A stretch of DNA of 32,000 bases from Candidatus Saccharimonadota bacterium (GCA_041661045.1 JBAZVE010000001.1:690001-722000); one strand, 5' to 3'. Shown: positions 7,599-14,104, counted from the stretch's first letter. Notes: a model not told the origin generated them from the sequence alone. A program made the numbers and translations.

Positions 7599-7627
7599 TA
7601 GACAAAATATATGTAAAGTGTTATAAT
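7599..7627 (+). promoter_or_regulatory. sigma70-like promoter TAGACA-N17-TGtTATAAT for inverted cassette ORF
   Basis: The -35 is at 7599-7604. The extended -10 has TG at 7619-7620 and TATAAT at 7622-7627. Confidence 0.6.
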
Positions 7628-7652
7628 TCTTACTTATCCCTAAAGCTTTTAC

Positions 7653-8027
7653 ATGAAGTCAACTACCGATTCAGATCAACCACATTTTAATGGACTGGAG
7701 ATATCAGAGGTGCCCAGAAAAATAAGAGTACGAACTACAACATATCCAAATGGGCTTGTTGGTGTTTTGTCTAGGAATGGCAATTCTGTGACATTTAAGA
7801 CATTAGAAGATGAGAATTACCCCGCTATACAGCAAGCAGGTGGTTATTGCGATGCTGTTTGGGAGTATCAATTTGAATTAGATACTAATGGACAGCCCAT
7901 TCGTACGGTAGAGAAAACGCTTGTAGTAAAGGAAGGTCAGTGGGCACCTTTGGACCCTAGCTTTCCCGAGCATATATCGGAGGGGCCTAATTATATGTGG
8001 AGTGTAATTACTGACACATTGTCATAA
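7653..8027 (+). CDS. hypothetical protein (cassette ORF, inverted relative to array)
   Basis: 124-aa ORF between sites I and J, with its own promoter. Confidence 0.65.
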   Translation: MKSTTDSDQPHFNGLEISEVPRKIRVRTTTYPNGLVGVLSRNGNSVTFKTLEDENYPAIQQAGGYCDAVWEYQFELDTNGQPIRTVEKTLVVKEGQWAPLDPSFPEHISEGPNYMWSVITDTLS

Positions 8028-8045
8028 AAGCTGCAGCAAAATTTC

Positions 8046-8162
8046 ACACAATGTTCGAGACTATGTAAAGTTTGCCAGTGATAAAATATGCTGAAGGCGG
8101 ATCACTGGCAAATTTGAGCGAAACGAGCAAAGCGAAGTGGAGCTACATAGTCTCTGTTGTGA
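8046..8162 (-). repeat. attC-like site (J)
   Basis: acacaat-GTTC-gagactatgta ... tacatagtctc-T-gttgtga. P2 is gtttgccagtgat-AAAATAT-gcTGAAggc-gg-atcactggcaaat, followed by TTTGAGCGAA and aGCGAAGt. Confidence 0.85.
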
Positions 8163-8180
8163 GAAGTTGCTTTGAACTTT

Positions 8181-8408
8181 TTATTTTGCTTTCGATTTGC
8201 TCATTTGATGTACGATGAGCGAAACAATCAGGCCAATAACTCCACCAACAATCATGCTAACGAAAACAACGGGCACAACTGGATTTGAGGATTCTAAATC
8301 TTGAGAGACAATGAATTGGATAGTGCTATAGACGGTGAGAGCTGAGACTAGCCCACAGAGGAGGCCTGTTGCAATGCCTGTTGTATAGAGATGTTTTGGA
8401 TGATGCAT
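8181..8408 (-). CDS. small two-TM membrane protein (paralog of 10213-10440)
   Basis: 75 aa, MHHPKHLY..two hydrophobic helices..SKSKAK. About 70% identical by eye to the ORF at 10213-10440. Confidence 0.7.
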   Translation of the reverse strand: MHHPKHLYTTGIATGLLCGLVSALTVYSTIQFIVSQDLESSNPVVPVVFVSMIVGGVIGLIVSLIVHQMSKSKAK

Positions 8409-8475
8409 AAGTGTAAAGTAAATTATTACCCTGATTGTTTAGACTCTTTTATATTATATGGTTCAAAGCAATTTC

Positions 8476-8581
8476 GTACAACGGTCGCGCATAAACGAAG
8501 AAGACCAGCGGTAGAATATCCCGTAGGGTTACCGCTGGTCAATTTGTGCGAACGAAGTGAGCTGTTTATGCGCTGTTGTAC
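8476..8581 (-). repeat. attC-like site (K)
   Basis: gtacaac-GGTC-gcgcataaac ... gtttatgcgc-T-gttgtac. P2 is gaccagcggt-AGAATAT-cccGTAggg-tt-accgctggtc, followed by TTTGTGCGAA and cGAAg. Confidence 0.85.
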
Positions 8582-8598
8582 GATGCCGTGAAAAATGG

Positions 8599-8841
8599 CT
8601 ACTCTTTTACTGGAAGACAGGTAATTGTACCTAATTCACCACTAACCCAATTGCCATCTAAATCATATAGTCTTGTGATAGTAGATGTTCCGTCAGGATT
8701 GTTTTCCAAAACTTCTCCATGAAATTGTTTGGTAGGGTCATAGGGTTTAAGGCCAAAGTTACTCATCCAGCTAAATTGTGAAAAAGTAAATCTAGGCAAT
8801 TCTTTTGCTTCTTCAGGGGAAAGGGTACGTGGATTCTCCAT
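8599..8841 (-). CDS. hypothetical protein (cassette ORF)
   Basis: 80-aa ORF between sites K and L. Confidence 0.6.
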   Translation of the reverse strand: MENPRTLSPEEAKELPRFTFSQFSWMSNFGLKPYDPTKQFHGEVLENNPDGTSTITRLYDLDGNWVSGELGTITCLPVKE

Positions 8842-8897
8842 ATTTCATGGTGATTAGGAATGTAAACTACTCTAATTATAACATTTTTCACGGTTTC

Positions 8898-9036
8898 GTA
8901 CAACGTTCCGCACTATGCGAACTTGTGCAGGTGTAAAATAGCCGAAGGCGGACACCTGTACAAGTTGGGTGAAGGTTTTTCAGGCTGCGCAAAGCCAGCC
9001 GATCAGAAAACCTGAACCGCATAGTGCGTGTTGTAC
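8898..9036 (-). repeat. attC-like site (L), near-identical body to P
   Basis: gtacaac-GTTC-cgcactatgcg ... cgcatagtgcg-T-gttgtac. P2 is cttgtgcaggtgt-AAAATA-gccGAAggc-gg-acacctgtacaag with one G.T pair. It is followed by TTGGGTGAA, P3 aggtttt../..aaaacct and GAAC. Confidence 0.85.
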
Positions 9037-9062
9037 GCTGTAATAAAAAATGCGATGACAAA

Positions 9063-9296
9063 CTATTTATCTTTCTTTTCTTCAACTCCACCAACCCATT
9101 GAACAACAGGCTTTGCCACTTCTGGCGTAGTTAGAGGTTCGAAAACTACTTCCCCAGCTTTTTTTGCTGTATCACCTGCTTGTGAAACAACTGGAGGTTG
9201 TAAACCATCCCAAGTAACAGCAGGAGATTCTGGCTTGGCAGGTGGCAAAGCCTCCCATGCAGTTACAGGAGATTCTGTTTTTTTTGTGTCAGACAT
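9063..9296 (-). CDS. hypothetical Pro/Val-rich small protein (cassette ORF)
   Basis: 77-aa ORF between sites L and M. Low-complexity composition. Confidence 0.55.
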   Translation of the reverse strand: MSDTKKTESPVTAWEALPPAKPESPAVTWDGLQPPVVSQAGDTAKKAGEVVFEPLTTPEVAKPVVQWVGGVEEKKDK

Positions 9297-9352
9297 GTAA
9301 ATGTTTGTTAAATTATGGTCTATCAGATGATTATAGCATTTTTTGTTATGGC

Positions 9353-9458
9353 GTACAATGTCCGTGAATAACCGAAGGTTGCTAATGGTAAAATATGCCG
9401 AAGGCCAACCATTAGCAACTTTGAGCGAACGAAGTGAGCCGGTTATTCACTGTTAGGC
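9353..9458 (-). repeat. attC-like site (M), H family
   Basis: gtacaat-GTCC-gtgaataaccg ... cggttattcac-T-gttaggc. The P2 stem gttgctaatggt/accattagcaac is perfectly paired. Confidence 0.85.
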
Positions 9459-9472
9459 GTTGGTTAGGGGTG

Positions 9473-10003
9473 CTAACGAATTGATGAAAAAATTTCTTCG
9501 ACTAAACCAGCTTCTGCGACTGGGGGCTGAAAAAATATTTGGCAATAATAATCCTGAGATTTTTCTTCTGACCATTCAGCAAGACTGAGACCGATGTTGC
9601 CATTTCCAACATTATCTTGAGTGCCAAATATTGAGTATTTTACTTTTACTAATTCGTCTTGTTTCTCAAAAGTGCGAGTGTCGGATTGAAGTATTTCAGC
9701 CTCCATGCCGCCTTGCCAGTCGCAGTCGATCATCATTGTTTTCTCCTGTTTTGCGTCGTAAAACTGTGTATAAACTCCTCCTGAATCATAAGTCTCATCA
9801 GCATAAGTCCAAGATGAAGGGTAATCTAATTCATAATTAATGCTACCGAATGTGAAGGAGGTAAGCAGGGCTTCTGGGCTTTCGACTGCGACGACATCAT
9901 CTGTTTCAATGGTAATACCGGAATTTATAGCAGTATCATCTACTTGTGACGAACAGGCGGCAAAAGAAACTGTGATAGCGAATAGGAGTAGAAATTTTTT
10001 CAT
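9473..10003 (-). CDS. putative lipoprotein, unknown function (cassette ORF)
   Basis: 176 aa. The signal peptide has a lipobox-like MKKFLLLFAITVSFAAC. Confidence 0.7.
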   Translation of the reverse strand: MKKFLLLFAITVSFAACSSQVDDTAINSGITIETDDVVAVESPEALLTSFTFGSINYELDYPSSWTYADETYDSGGVYTQFYDAKQEKTMMIDCDWQGGMEAEILQSDTRTFEKQDELVKVKYSIFGTQDNVGNGNIGLSLAEWSEEKSQDYYCQIFFQPPVAEAGLVEEIFSSIR

Positions 10004-10078
10004 ATTTACTTGTTAAATGATACTTGAATCATATCGGAAGTTGTTGTTTTTACAAAACTTCTCGTACCTCTAACTTTC

Positions 10079-10192
10079 GCCTAACGTTCGCGCATATGCA
10101 AAGTGCGAGCGCGGTAAAATGTTAGCACGCAGTGCTACACCGCGCGAGCATTTGGGCGAGGCCTCAGCCAAGCTGCATATGCGCTGTTGTAC
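10079..10192 (-). repeat. attC-like site (N)
   Basis: gcctaac-GTTC-gcgcatatgca ... tgcatatgcgc-T-gttgtac. P2 is gtgcgagcgcggt-AAAATGT-tagcacGCAgtgcta-c-accgcgcgagcat, followed by TTGGGCGAG. Confidence 0.85.
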
Positions 10193-10212
10193 GGTGTTGC
10201 TTTGAGCAAACA

Positions 10213-10440
10213 CTATTTGGTTTTTGATTTACTAACTTGATGTACTGTGAAAGACACGATCGAGCCAATAATGCCTCCAACTAAAAGGCTTATAACTACA
10301 ACTGCAATAACTGGATTTGTTGTTTCTAAGTCTTGTGAAGCAATATATTGCATTGTGCTGTATACGGTTAGTGCAGAAATAAGACCGCAGAGGACACCTG
10401 TTACTAGACCTGTCACATAAAGATGTTTTGGATGATGCAT
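10213..10440 (-). CDS. small two-TM membrane protein (paralog of 8181-8408)
   Basis: 75 aa, MHHPKHLY...SKSKTK. Same length and architecture as the ORF at 8181-8408. Confidence 0.7.
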   Translation of the reverse strand: MHHPKHLYVTGLVTGVLCGLISALTVYSTMQYIASQDLETTNPVIAVVVISLLVGGIIGSIVSFTVHQVSKSKTK

Positions 10441-10501
10441 ATTGATGAAATTAATTATTGGCTTGATTGAATATGATTATTGTACTGCTCAAAGCAATTT
10501 C

Positions 10502-10625
10502 GTATAACGGCCGAGAATATGTGAAGTTTTGTAGCGGTACAATTTGCCCGAAGGGCTCACCACTACAAAACTTGGGTGAGCGACTGAGTGGAACGAAGGA
10601 GAGAACCACATATTCTCTGTTAAGT
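10502..10625 (-). repeat. attC-like site (O)
   Basis: gtataac-GGCC-gagaatatgtg ... cacatattctc-T-gttaagt. P2 is gttttgtagcggt-ACAATTT-gcccGAAgggc-tc-accactacaaaac, followed by TTGGGTGAG and ..GAAC. Confidence 0.85.
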
Positions 10626-10641
10626 GGTGTTGTGCTGATTT

Positions 10642-11154
10642 TTACTTACAATATCCAGTAGACTTGTCATAAGTCTTACCATCGGAGCAGCTGCAACGGG
10701 CATTTAACCAGTCGCCATCCGTTTCCGTACAGTTATTCCCTACGACATCAGTCCAAAAATAATATGCCCCTTCTGGGTTCGGCAAGCCAACAGACACAGC
10801 AAAAGCGGCTCCACCTGGACCGCCGAATGTCGTCTGGCAGTAACCTGTTTTTTTGTCGTACATCATCTCTTGCGTTTGCCTTTCTTCTAGCGGACATTCA
10901 CAAACACTGTCGCTAAATGAACCGCCACTTAATTCACAGTTATATCCAACTAATTCGTCCCATTCATTTGATGAAGTGACTTCAGTTATAGTTTCAGGTT
11001 CGTTTAGTTCTTGCTCTTGGACGGAAACTGATGGCGACTCTTGCGATTCATTCGTTTGCCAAAAGTAAACTCCTCCACCACCAATCAATGCAGCGATAAC
11101 TGCAACGAGTACCATTTTGCTTGTTTGAGACATAAATGTTTTGGTTAAATGCAA
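10642..11154 (-). CDS. Cys-rich membrane-anchored secreted protein, unknown function (cassette ORF)
   Basis: 170 aa. The N-terminal TM helix ends GGGGVYFWQ, followed by an acidic linker. The C-terminal domain has about 10 Cys and a repeated KxTGYC motif. The start may be the internal MSQTSK. Confidence 0.65.
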   Translation of the reverse strand: MHLTKTFMSQTSKMVLVAVIAALIGGGGVYFWQTNESQESPSVSVQEQELNEPETITEVTSSNEWDELVGYNCELSGGSFSDSVCECPLEERQTQEMMYDKKTGYCQTTFGGPGGAAFAVSVGLPNPEGAYYFWTDVVGNNCTETDGDWLNARCSCSDGKTYDKSTGYCK

Positions 11155-11185
11155 ATTTAGCTTACGGGAAAATCAGCGCAATGTC

Positions 11186-11323
11186 ACTTAACGTCCCGCA
11201 CTATGCGAGCTTGTGCAGGTGTAAAATAGCCGAAGGCGGACACCTGTACAAGTTGGGTGAAGGTTTTCAGGCTGCGCGAAGCCAGCCCATCAGAAAACCT
11301 GAACCGCATAGTGCGTGTTATAT
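11186..11323 (-). repeat. attC-like site (P), near-identical body to L
   Basis: acttaac-GTCC-cgcactatgcg ... cgcatagtgcg-T-gttatat. The body matches L almost base for base and contains an exact GCGAAGC. Both R-box hexamers differ from those of L. Confidence 0.85.
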
Positions 11324-11327
11324 GGTT

Positions 11328-11720
11328 TTATTTGCCATCTTCCAAGACGCAATCTGCTTCAATTTCAATCAGCCATTCTGGATTTATAAATCCAGACACT
11401 TCTGCGAAAGTACAGGCGGGCTGTATGTTAGAGAAAAATTCTCCGTGAGCTTTTGCAGCATCTTTCCACGTTTTCATATCTCTTAACAAGATACGTGTGC
11501 GAATTACATCTTCAAGCGAACCGCCGGCTTGCTCGATAACATTTTTGATAATCGTTAGGCAACGTTTCGATTGTTCATATACATTGCCTGGAGAATGAAC
11601 TGAACCATCTTCCGCAATTGGCGCAGTTCCAGTGACAGCGATAAAGTTGCCGATTCTTACAGCCCGCGAAAACCCAATTTCTTTTTCTAACGGCTGATTG
11701 TAAGTGATGTTTTTTCTCAT
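11328..11720 (-). CDS. ridA: RidA/YjgF/UK114 family protein (cassette ORF)
   Basis: 130 aa. FSRAVRIGNFIAVTGTAP...VYEQSKRCLTIIKNVIEQAGGSLEDVIRTRILL...IEIEADC is the typical RidA family pattern. Confidence 0.85.
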   Translation of the reverse strand: MRKNITYNQPLEKEIGFSRAVRIGNFIAVTGTAPIAEDGSVHSPGNVYEQSKRCLTIIKNVIEQAGGSLEDVIRTRILLRDMKTWKDAAKAHGEFFSNIQPACTFAEVSGFINPEWLIEIEADCVLEDGK

Positions 11721-11757
11721 AAATGTTTTTTAAGAGGTAGTGCAGGCAAATAATGCC

Positions 11758-11883
11758 ATATAACGGCTGGGTATAGGCGATGTTGTTGCGCGGTAAAATA
11801 TGCCACGAAGTGGCTCACCGCGCAACAATATGGGAGAACGAAGAAGCGAAGCGACTGAGTGAACCGCCTATACCCTGTTACAT
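11758..11883 (-). repeat. attC-like site (Q)
   Basis: atataac-GGCT-gggtataggcg ... cgcctataccc-T-gttacat. P2 is gttgttgcgcggt-AAAATAT-gccacGAAgtggc-tc-accgcgcaacaat. It is followed by an exact GCGAAGC and GAAC. Confidence 0.85.
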
Positions 11884-12004
11884 GATGTGCATATTTTCCT
11901 TAATTTCTTGAAAAGGAATTCTTCTTTAAAAGAGACTGATTTTGTTTTCTGTTTTGGGCGAGGGCAGAGGGGATTAAGGGGTGAATGCCCGAGCCCAAAA
12001 CTCC

Positions 12005-12832
12005 TCATTCCACGTCTCCTTGCGCTATCCTATTTTGTGCTTCTTGCATTAATTTCTCTGCTTCCTTTTTCATGAGATCATTAATTCTGTCTACTGCATC
12101 CATACTTCCGTTATATCTTTCCATTACTTTCTTATCCCTGAAGTATTTCAGAGTTGTTCCCTCGTATTTCCATACTGTCCAAAGACGATTTTTCATCAGC
12201 TTGAGGTTGTAAACTTTTGCTTCGGCAATGGAGAGGGCATTTTCAATCTTGAGTGAATTTACGAATGTCTCAATCATGGTTATGAATCCGCCAAAATTTT
12301 CGACGAAAGCTGTTCGTTGAGCTGGCGGTCTCATTCGTTCGGGTGTTGCCATTCTCTCATTGCGATCCAGCAACCTTTCAAAGTCATATCGAAATTGTTT
12401 AATATTGCCGTTTGCTGATCTTACCAAGTAATCAGTGATTAAAATTTTGTTGTGAACATAATAACTTTTGAGTCTCATTTTGATCAGATCTTCATCAAAG
12501 TAAATGGCAATGGTTGCTGGGAAATTAGTCTCTTGGATAGCATAAAAATTTGGGTCGGTTACTACTTGAACTTGCTCCACAATTGTTTTTGCTCTGGCAA
12601 TAAAATCTTCAAGCTGACTGACTGCGACAAGTAAATGACTTAATGTTTGAGAAAAAGCTATCTCTGTCCGCCTGATTGCTTCTTTTCTGTTTGATCTCTT
12701 TTGTAGGCACCCTTTAACTAAAAATCCAATAACTGAGAGAATGATTGCTAAAAATGGACCTAGGGCAGAGCCAATTAGCGTTTGCCATTTTTCGATAAAT
12801 TCAGTTGATGTGATTAATTTTAGTGTTTCCAT
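12005..12832 (-). CDS. hypothetical membrane-anchored protein (third gene of three-gene cassette)
   Basis: 275 aa with one TM helix near the N-terminus and a helical/coiled C-terminal part. No recognisable domain. Confidence 0.65.
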   Translation of the reverse strand: METLKLITSTEFIEKWQTLIGSALGPFLAIILSVIGFLVKGCLQKRSNRKEAIRRTEIAFSQTLSHLLVAVSQLEDFIARAKTIVEQVQVVTDPNFYAIQETNFPATIAIYFDEDLIKMRLKSYYVHNKILITDYLVRSANGNIKQFRYDFERLLDRNERMATPERMRPPAQRTAFVENFGGFITMIETFVNSLKIENALSIAEAKVYNLKLMKNRLWTVWKYEGTTLKYFRDKKVMERYNGSMDAVDRINDLMKKEAEKLMQEAQNRIAQGDVE

Positions 12833-12872
12833 TGCTTGTGGATGATACTCTTTTTACCCTATAAAAAACACC

Positions 12873-13508
12873 TTAATTGTATGAGGGAACAGAATGTTCC
12901 CTACAATCATAGTTGCCTTTTATGTTGGCGTTATAGTAACTGCCAAAGGAGGATGCTTTTTGCAGTTCTGCCCAAATTGACTTTGGTGTTTCGCAATAGT
13001 GATAATATTTTCCATTAATGTTCATAATCAAGTAACTGTTGCTTTTGTCGTACCATGCGCCTTCGATGAAAGAGCTTTTTGATGTATTTAAGTATTCAAA
13101 ATATGAACTATCGAGATTAACGGAATCTTTTCGATACTGAACAGCAACGTAATTCTGTTTTGATTGTGAATCTTTTTCGTACTTTTCAAGGCAATCAAAA
13201 AGAATATCGGTCATTAACGATTCTTCTTCGTCTTCAAGCTCGAAGGTCGGATATTCGCCTTGAGAATTTACGAAAGAACCATCTGGTTGAGTTATGTATC
13301 CCTGAGAATTCAGAAATTCATTTCCTTTTTGGGCGGCTTCAGAAAGACAAACGTCATAGAAAGGTGAAGATGTTATCTCCTCAATGGTATTTTTTGATGA
13401 ATTGTCTTGAATATCTGGCCTGAGAACGTAAAACATGAAGCCACCAATAAGAAGTGTCCAAAAGGCAACTATGATTATTATTGGTTTTTTGGAGGAATTA
13501 GTTTTCAT
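12873..13508 (-). CDS. hypothetical membrane-anchored secreted protein (second gene of three-gene cassette)
   Basis: 211 aa with an N-terminal TM helix (PIIIIVAFWTLLIGGFMFYVL) and a soluble domain. Confidence 0.65.
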   Translation of the reverse strand: MKTNSSKKPIIIIVAFWTLLIGGFMFYVLRPDIQDNSSKNTIEEITSSPFYDVCLSEAAQKGNEFLNSQGYITQPDGSFVNSQGEYPTFELEDEEESLMTDILFDCLEKYEKDSQSKQNYVAVQYRKDSVNLDSSYFEYLNTSKSSFIEGAWYDKSNSYLIMNINGKYYHYCETPKSIWAELQKASSFGSYYNANIKGNYDCREHSVPSYN

Positions 13509-13517
13509 AAGTCTGTA

Positions 13518-13781
13518 TCACGTTAAATTAGTAATAATGCCGTAAAGTATAGAAAAAATAATGAAGGAAAAAATAATTCCAAGCTGAATCAGTATGCTTT
13601 TTTTGAGTGGAAATTTGTATATTGCTTCCAAAATTATCCCCAAGGCCAATATCAACGTTAAAACTACTAGCCAAATTATAGAAAAATTAAAATGCCACAT
13701 TAACAGCTCTAACAATATGTAAACAAAAATAATGCCTTGGTTTGTTCTATTATTAAATGTTTTTGTTAGAGCGTTTTTCAT
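13518..13781 (-). CDS. hypothetical small integral membrane protein (first gene of three-gene cassette)
   Basis: 87 aa with 2-3 hydrophobic helices. It lies 9 nt upstream of the next ORF. Confidence 0.55.
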   Translation of the reverse strand: MKNALTKTFNNRTNQGIIFVYILLELLMWHFNFSIIWLVVLTLILALGIILEAIYKFPLKKSILIQLGIIFSFIIFSILYGIITNLT

Positions 13782-13914
13782 GGTTTGTATTATATAGTAA
13801 ATTGTTTTCGGAGCGAAGCGGAGAAAACTCCTTATTTCCCCTCTATAAAACAGAAAACAAAATCAGATCTCATTTTTAAGAATTGGCTTTAGCCAAAAGG
13901 AAAATATGCATTTC

Positions 13915-14036
13915 ATGTAACGTCCGTGTGTTGGCGAAGTTTGGACGTGGTAAAATTAGCACGAAGTGCGTACCACGGCCAAACTTGTGAGAGGCTTTTC
14001 TGGAGGAAAGGCCGAACCGCTAACACACTGTTATGT
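13915..14036 (-). repeat. attC-like site (R), attC of the integrase-proximal cassette
   Basis: atgtaac-GTCC-gtgtgttggcg ... cgctaacacac-T-gttatgt. P2 is gtttggacgtggt-AAAATTA-gcacGAAgtgc-gt-accacggccaaac, followed by TTGTGAGAG, a P3 hairpin and GAAC. Confidence 0.85.
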
Positions 14037-14104
14037 GCTGTTTCATTTTTCATTTGCGACTGAAGGGAGCAAATGTGAGCAAAGTGAACAGAGAAATGCT
14101 TTTA

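Noticed and set aside
8888-9106. Track ORFs that run through the attC-like sites: 8888-9106, 11136-11486, 11257-11448, 10467-10661, 8391-8591, 6323-6559, 3528-3824, and the 5' extension of 2980-3612.
   Set aside because: They are built from the repeat sequence itself. The same reading frames recur only because the repeat recurs, and they overlap better-supported cassette ORFs.
11966-11984. Shared 12-mer agaggggattaa at 11973-11984 and 20351-20362 as a possible recombination or regulatory site.
   Set aside because: Dozens of chance 12-mer repeats are expected in 32 kb when both strands are considered. The flanks do not match.
2523-14036. Regularly spaced repeats could be a CRISPR array.
   Set aside because: The repeats are 60-139 bp, internally palindromic and differ in sequence with compensatory changes. 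The 'spacers' are 300-2000 bp and contain ORFs with promoters. No cas genes are present.
2523-14036. The intergenic palindromes could simply be REP/BIME elements, MITEs or transcription terminators.
   Set aside because: They end in RYYYAAC/GTTRRRY boxes. Their box hexamers switch partners exactly at the IntI cleavage position. They form one contiguous array that stops at an IntI-like recombinase gene. They fold better on the strand opposite to the mRNAs and lack T-tracts. Genome-wide distribution cannot be checked from this window, so the REP alternative is not formally excluded.
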